This document shows positions 21,201-34,255 of a stretch of 64,000 nucleotides of DNA, in pieces. The translations under genes and the position numbers were made by a program. The notes under the pieces were generated by a model. The model ran no database searches. It was not told the DNA's origin and worked only from the letters and a program-made list of their open reading frames with translations. Origin of the DNA: Nannocystis bainbridge (GTDB taxonomy: Bacteria > Myxococcota_A > Polyangia > Nannocystales > Nannocystaceae); NCBI RefSeq assembly GCF_028368995.1, contig NZ_JAQNDL010000003.1:2560001-2624000 (forward strand), written 5' to 3'. Numbering within the stretch: position 1 is the first letter of the stretch; each line of letters starts with the position of its first letter.

Positions 21201-21327
21201 GCTTGCGACGACTGTCGTGTTCGGTATCGGCGCCTCCACCATCCTCACCCTCTTCCTCCTCCCTGCCCTGCTGAGGCTGGTGCTTCGCCGCGAGCGCCGG
21301 GCCAGCGAGAACGTGACGGATCTGTAA
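18235..21327 (+). CDS. czcA: CusA/CzcA-family heavy-metal RND efflux pump
   Basis: PIDALPD, STGLGEIYQF, MSLGAIDFG, EGRLFKPMA, GFIALAGVAVLNG, GSEVQRPLATTV. Confidence 0.9.
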   Translation: MLGWLIHQSIQLRLLMLGLLLTLLVGGGLAARNLPIDALPDISTIQVSVLTEAPGLSAPEVERNVTFPMENALNGVPGLEELRSVSRADLSAITVVFRDGTDPWFARQLVFERMLQARGDLPDGLPTPQLAPLSTGLGEIYQFVVRSPVHSRKQLRTLLDWEIVPRLRGVPGVIEVNTQGGELKQYQVVVQPDRLAAYGLTLRELSETLSSASAIISGGYIDRTAESFTLRAVGTYTGVEDLESVVLKVAPDGTAILVKHVANVRDGAALRHGIVTYMGEDEAVAGVIMMLLGSNSRDVIYAVKDRVAEIQSELPAGVVIEAVYDRAEFVERTLSTVVKNILEGAAVVFLVLIVLLGSVRGALVCVLGIPASMSVALFGMHWAGVAGDLMSLGAIDFGFLVDGPIVLLEALIATFAGQQLTNRERADAYAASLSRVVRPVAFAVAIIMLVYIPLLSLEGVEGRLFKPMATTMAFALFGALVYSVAFLPALLVLFVPPAKHGTSGWLRVLTRGYERALPWAMTMRWPLLIGAAIVLFITGGIFAGKGADFVPRIDEGDMVVSLRRPPSINLTEAKRLDLEVQKILLGFPEVDGTLAFTGRAEVAIDPAGKDKTDIVVPLKPKDGWTTAHDLDSLSVVFKDAIESRVPSTFVSISQPIEDRNNEIISGSRADIQIMVLGPDLLELKRIADSIAAAVRPIDGTGDLRVEQVLGMPELTVKPDRARLARYGVALKDALLAVEAARVGLPIGLVYEGQRRFDARLLVPPREPRPEALGDLFVETVDGHRVPLSEVATIEETEGPAQIRRQDRIRVVRVEVNLRGRDLVSWVGDAMAAVEQNVPLTPPYKVTWSGQFENFQRASQRLAVVVPICLTLIFGMLLWNFRDVRYAAAVFALVPFALIGGLAGLILRDMSFSIPAAVGFIALAGVAVLNGVVLASEVRTALDEGHRFDEALIKGSSHTMRAVLTTGAVAALGFLPMALATGAGSEVQRPLATTVVFGIGASTILTLFLLPALLRLVLRRERRASENVTDL

Positions 21328-21365
21328 TGTCCGAACAAAAAGCCGCCGTGTATGCTTCCAGACCC

Positions 21366-22031
21366 ATGAAGGCGCTGATCGTCGAGGATGACGTCAAGGT
21401 CGCGCTCTTCATCGCCCGCGTCCTCACGGAGGAGGGATGGGTCACCGACCAGTGCACCCACGGCGCCGACGCCGTGCGCCAGGCGCGGTCTGTCGAGTAC
21501 GACATCATTCTGCTCGACTGGATGTTGCCGGACATCGACGGCCTCGCCGTGTGCCGCGAGCTGCGGCGGGCCGGCTCGGTCGCGCCGATCATCATGTTGA
21601 CCGCGCGCGGCGAGGTCTCCGAGCGCGTGCTCGGGCTCGAGGCCGGCGCCGACGACTACGTCGTCAAGCCGTTCGAGATCGACGAGCTGCTGGCCCGCGT
21701 CAGCGCGCTGCTGCGGCGGACCCAGGGCTTCGGCCGCTTGCAGGTCGGCGGCCTCGAGATCGATCGCCTGCGCCGCGTCGTCACCCTCGAGAACAAGCCG
21801 GTCGATCTCACCGGCCGCGAGTACGCGCTGCTGCTGTGCCTGGCCAGCCAGGAGGGCCGCGTCGTCGCTCGTTCGGAGTTGCTGACCCAGGTCTGGGCGA
21901 CGCACTTCGACCCCGGCTCCAACCTCATCGACGTCCAGATCAGCCGCCTGCGCGACAAGCTCGGCGACTACGCGTGGATGATCGACACCGTGCGTGGCAA
22001 GGGCTACCGTCTCCGGCGCGACCCGCCATGA
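21366..22031 (+). CDS. OmpR-family response regulator
   Basis: LIVEDD, LDWMLP, MLTAR, GADDYVVKPF, wHTH ending TVRGKGY. Confidence 0.93.
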   Translation: MKALIVEDDVKVALFIARVLTEEGWVTDQCTHGADAVRQARSVEYDIILLDWMLPDIDGLAVCRELRRAGSVAPIIMLTARGEVSERVLGLEAGADDYVVKPFEIDELLARVSALLRRTQGFGRLQVGGLEIDRLRRVVTLENKPVDLTGREYALLLCLASQEGRVVARSELLTQVWATHFDPGSNLIDVQISRLRDKLGDYAWMIDTVRGKGYRLRRDPP

Positions 22032-23413
22032 GCCTCCGCGTCCGCTACGTCGTCGCGACCTCGGCCATCACCCTGGTCACGCTCGGCGCCGCGTCGATCG
22101 CCGTCACCCTCGCCGTCAACGCCAGCCAGGAGAAGCAGCTCGACCTCGCCCTCATCCGTGAGGCCCGCGAGGAGGCCGCCGAGGCCGACAAGCTCGGCGG
22201 CGACGAGCTCGCCATCTCCAACCGTCCGGGCCCGTTCGCCAACGACGTCGGGCCGCTCACCAAGTACGCCGTGATCTACGGCTCCGGCGACCGCGTGATC
22301 GCCCAGACCCTGTCGTGGCAGCGCGACCCGCCGCCGCTGTCCGAGCTGCCGCCGCCCGACGGCAACTGCTTCGACCTGTGGTCGGCCCACGAGCACCTGC
22401 GGGCCGTGCACGTCGACATGCCCTCGCACGACGGCATCTCGCTGCTGCTCGCCGCCCCGCGCGCCGACCTCGACGGCGACGCCCGCTTCCTCGAGCGCGC
22501 CATGGCCACCGGCTTCGCCGTCGCCCTGGTGTGGACCGTGCTCGTCGCCCTCGCCGTCGTCCACCGCCTCACCCGCGACCACCGCACGATCGCCGAGGTC
22601 GCCCGCCGCGTCGCCGCCGGCGACCTCGCCGCCCGCATCGACCTCCGCCACGGCGACCGCGAGATCGTCCAGCTGGCCCGCGACATCGACGCGATGATCG
22701 AGCGCCTCGGCCTGCTGCTCGGCCTCCAGCGCCGCTTCGTCGCCAACGCCGCCCACGAGCTGCGCTCGCCGCTGACCACCCTCTACGGCGAGCTGTCGCA
22801 CGCGCTCCGCCGCTCGCGCGACGCCAGCGAGTACGAGCGGGCCATCCGCGAGGCGCTCGAGAGCACCTCGCGTCTGCGCCGCCTGACCGAGGACCTGCTG
22901 GCCGTCGCGCGCATGGGCGCCGCCGGCGACGAGGCCGGCGAGCCGGTCGACATCGGCGAGCTCGGGCACGAGGCGATCGGCCTCGTCCGCCACGAGAGCG
23001 ACGCCAAGGGCGTCAAGATCGAGTGGGACGGCCCGGGCGCCGACGTCGTCGGCCGCGCCCACGACCTCGTGCGGCTGCTCCGCAACCTGCTCGAGAACGC
23101 GGTCCGCCACACGCCCGCCGGCGGCACGGTGCGCGTCCACTGCCGGCCCGGCCCGGCCCGCGTCGAGCTGAGCGTGCGCGACGAGGGCCCCGGCGTCCCG
23201 CCCGCCGAGCGCGAGCAGATCTTCGAAGCCTTTTATCGAGGCACCCGCGAGCGCGGCGCCAACGACGGCGGCACCGGCCTCGGCCTCACCATCGCCCGCG
23301 AGATCGCCCACGCCTACGGCGGCGAGGTCGTCGTCGCCGCCGAAGAAGGCCCCGGCGCCGTGTTCGCCGTCACCCTCAAGCGCGCCCCCGACGACGCCTC
23401 CGCCAAGGCGTAG
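22028..23413 (+). CDS. HAMP sensor histidine kinase (CusS/CzcS-like architecture)
   Basis: Two TM segments, HAMP, AAHELRSPL, NLLENA, DEGPG, GTGLGL; ATGA overlap with the regulator. Confidence 0.92.
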   Translation: MSLRVRYVVATSAITLVTLGAASIAVTLAVNASQEKQLDLALIREAREEAAEADKLGGDELAISNRPGPFANDVGPLTKYAVIYGSGDRVIAQTLSWQRDPPPLSELPPPDGNCFDLWSAHEHLRAVHVDMPSHDGISLLLAAPRADLDGDARFLERAMATGFAVALVWTVLVALAVVHRLTRDHRTIAEVARRVAAGDLAARIDLRHGDREIVQLARDIDAMIERLGLLLGLQRRFVANAAHELRSPLTTLYGELSHALRRSRDASEYERAIREALESTSRLRRLTEDLLAVARMGAAGDEAGEPVDIGELGHEAIGLVRHESDAKGVKIEWDGPGADVVGRAHDLVRLLRNLLENAVRHTPAGGTVRVHCRPGPARVELSVRDEGPGVPPAEREQIFEAFYRGTRERGANDGGTGLGLTIAREIAHAYGGEVVVAAEEGPGAVFAVTLKRAPDDASAKA

Positions 23414-23429
23414 CGGCCCGCCTCGCAAG

Positions 23430-23520
23430 CATGTCCTCCAGGGCATGCCTCAAAGACAATGCCCCGAAGGACATGGCTTCTCGGTCATGTCCTTTCGAGC
23501 ATGCCCGAGAGACCATGTCC
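23430..23520. repeat. 14-bp-phased array of six degenerate palindromes
   Basis: TGTCCTCCAGGGCA, TGCCTCAAAGACAA, TGCCCCGAAGGACA, TGGCTTCTCGGTCA, TGTCCTTTCGAGCA, TGCCCGAGAGACCA starting at 23432. Confidence 0.85.
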
Positions 23521-23569
23521 TCTCGCGCTGGCACGCGATCCATGTCTCTTGCGGCCGCGACGCCGCCTC

Positions 23570-24001
23570 TCACCGCCGGTTCGCCAGCAGCCCGCCCCAC
23601 CAGGCTGTCGGGAACGCCGTGGCGACGACCGCGAGCGCGTACCACTTCGGCCCGAACTCCGGCCCCGCGCCCCAGGTGGCGATCGCCCCGAGCGCGCTCA
23701 GCACCAGCCCGATCGTCGCCAGCACCGCCACGTGGCGCATCGGCCGGCGCCGGGCCAGCCGCCCGGTCACGAAGCCGCCCGCCACCCCGAAGCCCACCCG
23801 GTAGGCCAGCGCCAGCAGGAACAGCCCGTCGGCCATCGGCTGACCCAGCGGCGGAAAGACCCCGCTCGCGTGCATGAAGGCGTCGGTCGCCACCGACAGC
23901 ACCACCGTCGTCACCAGGCCCGCCAGCACCGGCCCGACCCGCCACAGCGCCCTCGCCAGCGGGCTCGAGTTCTCGTCGGGCGACATTTCAGGGTCTCTCA
24001 T
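23570..24001 (-). CDS. Small 4-TM membrane protein
   Basis: Four hydrophobic segments, GPKWY motif; GAGGAG RBS. Confidence 0.75.
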   Translation of the reverse strand: MRDPEMSPDENSSPLARALWRVGPVLAGLVTTVVLSVATDAFMHASGVFPPLGQPMADGLFLLALAYRVGFGVAGGFVTGRLARRRPMRHVAVLATIGLVLSALGAIATWGAGPEFGPKWYALAVVATAFPTAWWGGLLANRR

Positions 24002-24029
24002 GGCCGTTCTCCTCGTCCTCACCCTCCAC

Positions 24030-24056
24030 GTCGAAGCCGAACCCGCCGGTTCGACA
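24030..24056 (-). promoter_or_regulatory. ECF42-like sigma promoter
   Basis: TGTCGA-17 nt-CGAC on the minus strand, about 30 nt before ATG 24001. Confidence 0.5.
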
Positions 24057-24112
24057 TCACCCCGAAGATTTTTTCGCGCCCCTCGCGCAAACCTCGATCT
24101 ACCGGTCCGCAG

Positions 24113-25186
24113 TCACGCCGCGCGCGGTCGCAGCAGCCGGCTGAACCCGTGGGCCAGCACGATCGCCGTGAACTTGAAATTGCGCAGCAGCAGGGCTGGC
24201 CACGAGATCGGCAGCGGCCCCTCGTCGCTGCGGGCCGGTCGCTGGCTGAAGCAGCGGGCCAGGCGGTCGCCGAGCCGGGTGATCCACGCCACCGAGCGCG
24301 GCGCCTCGTGGATGCCCGCCAGCCAGCGCGGCGGGATCGTCCGCGGCCCGCTCGCCGCCCCCGCCAGCCCGCCGGTGATCGCCGCCACCGTATCGGTGTC
24401 GCCGCCGAGGCGCACCGCCAGTTCGACCGCCGCGCCGACGTCCCGCGGCGCGCTCGCCCAGCAATACAGCGCCACCGGCACGGTGTGGTGGATATATCCC
24501 GACACCCCCGTGACCTGTCCCAAAGCGCAGGCGAATGTCTCTGCTGGATCTCCGCGCCGCAGGTGCTCCGCCGCCAGCGTCAGCGCCGCCGTCAGCTCGC
24601 GATCGTCCGCCGCCTCCGCCAGCGCTGCCAGCAGGCCCGCCGGGTCGTCCGCCGCCTCGTCGTACACGATCGCCGCTGCCGCCCGCGCCACCGCCAGCGC
24701 CCCGGCCAGCGCCCGCGGATCGCTATGGGTCATGCGCGTCGAGCGAGCCACGAACGTCGCCAGCCGCACCGGATCGTCGCCCACGCACACCCCGAGGATC
24801 GCCGCTCGCATCGCCGGCCCGTTGCCCGCCGACTCGACCCCGCTGCGCTCCGGCGACCAGCCGAGCCACAGCCGCACCAGCGCCCGCAGCGTGCCCCAGC
24901 CGATGCTCGCGGGCAGCCCGAGCAGCCACCCACGCAGCCGCCACGCCAGCGAGCGGGCGAACGCGCGCGAGTCGTCGGGCGCCGTCAGCAGCGCCTGCCC
25001 CGTCATGCACGCGTGCTCCGTGTCGTCGCTGATCATCCCGCGCGCGCCGATCAGCGCGTGCTGCAGCGGCGCCGCGCCGACCGCCGCGCCGATGCGCGCC
25101 CGCGTCAATCCTTCCCACGGCAGGCCGATCGCGTCCCCCACCGCGCCCCCCAGCAGACAGCCCACGATCGCGTCTCTCAACTCCAT
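24113..25186 (-). CDS. ADP-ribosylglycohydrolase (DraG/ARH family)
   Basis: GGAVGDAIG, SDDTE, SAGNGPAMR, TH, GGDTDTVAAITG. Confidence 0.92.
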   Translation of the reverse strand: MELRDAIVGCLLGGAVGDAIGLPWEGLTRARIGAAVGAAPLQHALIGARGMISDDTEHACMTGQALLTAPDDSRAFARSLAWRLRGWLLGLPASIGWGTLRALVRLWLGWSPERSGVESAGNGPAMRAAILGVCVGDDPVRLATFVARSTRMTHSDPRALAGALAVARAAAAIVYDEAADDPAGLLAALAEAADDRELTAALTLAAEHLRRGDPAETFACALGQVTGVSGYIHHTVPVALYCWASAPRDVGAAVELAVRLGGDTDTVAAITGGLAGAASGPRTIPPRWLAGIHEAPRSVAWITRLGDRLARCFSQRPARSDEGPLPISWPALLLRNFKFTAIVLAHGFSRLLRPRAA

Positions 25187-25691
25187 GCGCACCTCCGGCC
25201 CGCCTCACAGCAAGCCGCGCGCCAAACCATCGCGCAGACAGGAAGTCACCGCCGCCTCGCGGTCCCTCGCCGAAGCTTGCCATCGTGGCGCGACGCTCCT
25301 CCGCCTCCGTCATGAAGCATCGGCGTCGGCTCGCTGGCAGCGCCGGGGCTGTGGCTGATGCCTCGGCTTCGCCTCCGACGCGCCCGCACGACCTCTTCGT
25401 GCGCCTCGCCGTGGCCCGCTGCGGCCGCCTCGTGCTCGCTCGACGCGTCACCCGAGCCCTCGCGCCCGCTGACAATTCGTCGCGCAGGCCCGCCTGACAA
25501 ATCGTCGACCTCGACGCCGCGACCCGGCCCAACCTGTCAGCACCCCGCGACATCGCGCCGTCGGCTCCAGTCATCACCACCGCGATGTCCTTCGTCGCCC
25601 GCGCGCGCGAACGGCCGCGCTCCCGCGCCCGGCCTCGGATTGCGTCCCTGGGCTCGCGCGGGCATCCTCGCGGCTTCAGGAGCGGTTTCCG

Positions 25692-26621
25692 ATGATCGAC
25701 ATCGTATGGGACATGGAGACCGGCGACCCCGACGACTTTCTCACCCTGCTGCTGCTGCTCGGCCACCCGCAGGTCAACCTCAAGGCCGTCACCGTCACGC
25801 CCGGCACCCCCGATCAGGTCGGCGTCGTCCGTCGCGCCCTCGAGTGGTTCGGCCGCGACATCCCGGTCGGCGCGCACGACCTCGATCATCAGCCGCGCTC
25901 GGTCCGCGAGGGCAACGGCCCCGGCGACGGCCGTCACGGCGCGCGCGGCGTGTGCGTGTCTTCGTGGCACTACAAGGCCTACGGCGACATCCCGCCCTCG
26001 CGCGACGCGGCCCCCGGCGGCGAGGTCTTGCACGCCCACTGCGACGAGTCGACCACCCTCGTCACCGGCGCGCCGCTCAAGAACCTCGGCGCCGCCATGC
26101 GCCTGCCGAACTTTCGCGTCGGCCGCCTCGTCGTCCAGGGCGGCTTCGCCGGCGAGGGCGTGGTCCCGCCCGAGCGCCAGCTCGAGAAGTTCCGCGGCCT
26201 CGTCACCTGCCCGACCTACAACCTCAACGGCGACCCGCGCTCGGCCGAGGCCGCGCTCGTGCACCCTGGCATCGGCGTGCGCCGCTTCGTCGCCAAGAAC
26301 GTGTGCCACGGCGTCTACTACGACGCCGACATGCACGCCGCCGTGACCGCCGTCAAGCACCGCAGCATCTCGCTGCAGCGCATCTGGCAGGGCATGGAGG
26401 TCTACCTCGACAAATCGCCCGCAGGTAAAAAGTTCCACGACCCGCTCGCCGCCTGCTGCGCGATCGACGAGGCGATCGGCGAGTGGGCCGAGGTCGAGCT
26501 CTACCGCGCCCGCGGCGGCTGGGGCTCGCGCCTGAGCCCGGGCTCGAACACGTGGATCATCACCGGCCACGACCACGCCCGCTTCGTCCGCACCCTGCTG
26601 GCCACCGAGCCACCTGTCTGA
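25692..26621 (+). CDS. Inosine/uridine-preferring nucleoside hydrolase family protein
   Basis: DMETGDPDD, TGAPLKN, QGG, YNLNGDP..A, HDPLA. Confidence 0.8.
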   Translation: MIDIVWDMETGDPDDFLTLLLLLGHPQVNLKAVTVTPGTPDQVGVVRRALEWFGRDIPVGAHDLDHQPRSVREGNGPGDGRHGARGVCVSSWHYKAYGDIPPSRDAAPGGEVLHAHCDESTTLVTGAPLKNLGAAMRLPNFRVGRLVVQGGFAGEGVVPPERQLEKFRGLVTCPTYNLNGDPRSAEAALVHPGIGVRRFVAKNVCHGVYYDADMHAAVTAVKHRSISLQRIWQGMEVYLDKSPAGKKFHDPLAACCAIDEAIGEWAEVELYRARGGWGSRLSPGSNTWIITGHDHARFVRTLLATEPPV

Positions 26622-26742
26622 AGGGCCAGGCTCGAAGCGGCACCGCGCGCCTCTCCCCTGTCCTCATGGACATGTCTGCTCGCCACCGGCTCACGGGCAT
26701 CGAGGTCCGCGACCGCCTCGCGCGCGTGGCCTCACGCCCCTC

Positions 26743-27633
26743 GTGATCCCCGCCGCGCCTGGCGTGCTACAACCCAAGCGCGTGGAGGTCGAGCGCACCC
26801 GACACGGGCCCTTCGAGCGGCTGTCCTTCGCCTTCGCCACTGCGACGGGTCGCAGCCAGCACTCCGTCTATCGCCTCGGTGACACCTTGATCGACGCTGG
26901 CGGCACCGTCGCCACCAAGGAGCTGCTCGCCCTCCTGCGCGATCGGCCCCCGCGGCGGATCGTCTGCACCCATCAGCACGAGGATCACGTCGGCAACATC
27001 GCCGCCATCCGGCGCGCCTTCGGCGACCTGCCCGTGTTCGTCCCCCGGCATCACGTCCCGATCGTCACCACCACGGCGCGGATCCCCGAATATCGCGCCC
27101 TGTTCTGGGGCCACCCCGAGCCCAGCGGCCCCGTCGAGCCCTACGACCCCGGGGCTGTCTTCGAGGACAGCTCCGTCGCCCTCGAGGCCGTGCTCACCCC
27201 TGGCCACACTCCCCATCACATCACCTTCGTCGCCCGCGACGGCGCCACCACCTACGCCCTCACCGCCGACCTCTACACCTCGCGTCCGCTCGAGGGATGG
27301 TTCGAGTCGGCCGCCGACGACATGATCGCCTCGCTGCGCCGCATCGCCGCCCGGACCCCGGACCTGGTCGTGCTGCCGAGCCACGGCCGGATCAAGCCCG
27401 ACGGCGCACGTGTCCTTTCAGACATGTCCGTCTGGATCGAGCGCGAGGCGACGCGGATCCACCTCGCCGCCGAGCGCCTCGGCACCCGCGACCCGCGGGC
27501 CATCGCCGCCGCCGTCTACGCCGACCTCGGCCCCGACCTCGCCGACCTCGGCTCCGGCGGCGAGATCAGCCGCGCCGGCTTCGTCCGCTCGATCCTCAGC
27601 CCCAACCGCGGCCTGCCCGTCGACCCCCCGTGA
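26743..27633 (+). CDS. MBL-fold metallo-hydrolase
   Basis: LIDAG, THQHEDHVG, TPGHT, TADL, PSHG. Confidence 0.85.
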   Translation: MIPAAPGVLQPKRVEVERTRHGPFERLSFAFATATGRSQHSVYRLGDTLIDAGGTVATKELLALLRDRPPRRIVCTHQHEDHVGNIAAIRRAFGDLPVFVPRHHVPIVTTTARIPEYRALFWGHPEPSGPVEPYDPGAVFEDSSVALEAVLTPGHTPHHITFVARDGATTYALTADLYTSRPLEGWFESAADDMIASLRRIAARTPDLVVLPSHGRIKPDGARVLSDMSVWIEREATRIHLAAERLGTRDPRAIAAAVYADLGPDLADLGSGGEISRAGFVRSILSPNRGLPVDPP

Positions 27634-27639
27634 GCCGCG

Positions 27640-28473
27640 TCATTGCGGCCGCGGATCGCGGATCGAAAGGATCTTGATCCGGTCTTCCTCCTGCATCAGC
27701 TCGATCTTCATCAGCCGCACCGACCGCTCGCAGTTCAGGTGGATCAGCGTGCCGCGCACGCTGACGAGGTCGGGCTCGCCGAGCGAGCAATCGCCGTGCT
27801 TCGACCGCACGTCGAGCAGGAACCGGCGGATCTTCTCCTCCTCGAACTTCTCGCTGAAGCTGCGGCGAAACAGCGCCGGGTCCCACTGGTCGTACAGCCG
27901 CATCACCGCCTCGGCGGCCGCGCGCACCGGCTCCGCGAGCGCGACGCCCCGCGCGGCCATCATGATGCGGGCGATCTTGCCGGTCTCCGGCGACAGCGAG
28001 AACTGCACCTCGAGCTGCCCGTGCTCGCACTCGTGGCGGTACCGCACCGCCTCGTCCTTCACCATCATCGGTTCGCCGGCGCCGCACTCGCCCACGCGCG
28101 CCCGCAGCCACTGCACCCACTCCTCGAGCCCGACCGAAGGCTTCTCATACAGACCCGCCGCCGCCTCGAGATCGAACGTGTTGAACAGCGCGATCACCTG
28201 CGACGCCGCCTGCGCCTGCTCGTGGCTCGGCGGCCGCGGCACCCGCCAAAGCAGCTCGACGAGCCCCTCGGTGAACCCCGCCAGCCGCTGATTCTTTGAT
28301 GCGGGGGACGCCTCCTCGATGACGGAGCTGCTCCCCGTCTGCGAATCGCCCTCCGCTCGCGGCCCCGCCCCCTCGGTCGTCGAGCCGTCGGCGGTCGACG
28401 GCGATCCACCTGCGAAGAACACCAGGCCGATCGCAACGATCAGCGACGCCAGCAAGATCAGTCGTAAGCGCAT
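27640..28473 (-). CDS. Hypothetical secreted/anchored protein with two similar Cys-pair domains
   Basis: N-terminal hydrophobic segment; repeated (V/H)G(E/D)C...CE pattern; TATGCT 7 nt before ATG 28473. Confidence 0.55.
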   Translation of the reverse strand: MRLRLILLASLIVAIGLVFFAGGSPSTADGSTTEGAGPRAEGDSQTGSSSVIEEASPASKNQRLAGFTEGLVELLWRVPRPPSHEQAQAASQVIALFNTFDLEAAAGLYEKPSVGLEEWVQWLRARVGECGAGEPMMVKDEAVRYRHECEHGQLEVQFSLSPETGKIARIMMAARGVALAEPVRAAAEAVMRLYDQWDPALFRRSFSEKFEEEKIRRFLLDVRSKHGDCSLGEPDLVSVRGTLIHLNCERSVRLMKIELMQEEDRIKILSIRDPRPQ

Positions 28474-28564
28474 ATCCGCCAGCATAACCGAGCGCCGTCG
28501 AACGCGCGCGAGGCGGATCCATCGATCCATGTTCCTGCCCCTTTAGGACAGGATGACCCCGACC

Positions 28565-33025
<4,461 letters not shown>

Positions 33026-33216
33026 CCGGCGAGTATGCCAACCCCGCGCCACCCGCAGAAGTCGAAGCGACCGACCGGGCTCCGTGCAGGCGCCCACAAC
33101 ATGTCTTTCGAGACATGTTTTTAGAGACATTTGTCCGACGACCGTCCGCACGGCCTCTCTGGCGCGTTCCCGCGGACCGCGCGCAAGCAGGCGACCCGTG
33201 TTACACTGGCGCGCAC

Positions 33217-34248
33217 ATGCGGGTCTGCATCCTCGGCGCCACCGGTCTCGTCGGCCGCGAGCTGCTCCACCTCATCCCGCGCGCCTGGCCGGGCGCGCAG
33301 CTCGCCCTCCACGCCAGCCGCGACCAGGAGCTCGACCTCGACGGTCGCCGCTTCGAGGTCAAGGCGGCGCACCACCTCGACGACGTCGACGCCACCGGCG
33401 GCCAGCTCGCGTTCGTCGCGCTCGACGACGAGCACAGCGCCCGCTACGTCCCGCGGCTCCTGGCCCTCGGTTACCGCGTCATCGACAAGAGCAACGCCTA
33501 CCGCGGCGACCCTGCCGTCCCGCTGGTGTCTGCGGGCGTCAACGACGGCCTCGTCGGCGAGGAGGTCCGCCTCGTCGCCAACCCCAACTGCACCACCATC
33601 CCGCTGACACTCGCGCTCGCCCCGTTGCGGCGCAGCTTCGGCGTCCGCGCGGTGGCCGTCTCCACGTACCAGGCGATCAGCGGGGCCGGCATCGCCGCGC
33701 TCGACCAGTTCTTGCTCGACGCCCAGGTCGGCTACGCCGCGCACAACCGCCTGGGCGCAGCCTTTTCGCCCTCGGGGTACGCCGGCAACACGGTCCCGCA
33801 CAACGGCAAGACCGACGACACCGGCTTCTCGGCCGAGGAGCGCAAGCTCATGACCGAGAGCAGCAAGATCCTCGCCTTCCCCGACCTGCCGATCTCCGCC
33901 CAGGCCTGCCGCGTCCCCGTCGCCGTCGGCCACTACGAGCAGGTCTGGCTGACCTGCGAGCAGCCCGTCACCCTCGACGCCGTGGCCGCCGCGTGGCAGA
34001 GCGGCGCCTTCCTCCGCATCGTCCCCACCGTCGACGGCGCTGGCCTGTCGGCGCTCGCCTGCGTGCACGAACGCGACCTCGCGCTGGTCGGCCGCGTCCG
34101 CCTCGTCCCGCACGATCCGACCACCGTCTGCTTCACCGTCGCCGCCGACAACCTGCGCCTCGGCGCCGCCACCAACGCGGTGCGGATCGCCGCGCGCTGG
34201 TTCCCCGCCGTCGACCCGACCTTGCAGGCCCCTGCCAACCTGCCCTGA
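33217..34248 (+). CDS. asd: Aspartate-semialdehyde dehydrogenase
   Basis: GATGLVG, IDKSNAYR, ANPNCTT, STYQAISGAG, RVPV..GH, DNLRLGAATNA. Confidence 0.9.
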   Translation: MRVCILGATGLVGRELLHLIPRAWPGAQLALHASRDQELDLDGRRFEVKAAHHLDDVDATGGQLAFVALDDEHSARYVPRLLALGYRVIDKSNAYRGDPAVPLVSAGVNDGLVGEEVRLVANPNCTTIPLTLALAPLRRSFGVRAVAVSTYQAISGAGIAALDQFLLDAQVGYAAHNRLGAAFSPSGYAGNTVPHNGKTDDTGFSAEERKLMTESSKILAFPDLPISAQACRVPVAVGHYEQVWLTCEQPVTLDAVAAAWQSGAFLRIVPTVDGAGLSALACVHERDLALVGRVRLVPHDPTTVCFTVAADNLRLGAATNAVRIAARWFPAVDPTLQAPANLP

Positions 34249-34255
34249 AAGCCAG

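Noticed and set aside
33102-33129. The 14-bp palindrome as a CRP/MrpC-type or ordinary local operator
   Set aside because: Spacing differs from TGTGA-N6-TCACA and from the TGTY-N8-RAC consensus I recall for MrpC, and most copies are intragenic or at gene ends rather than in promoters.
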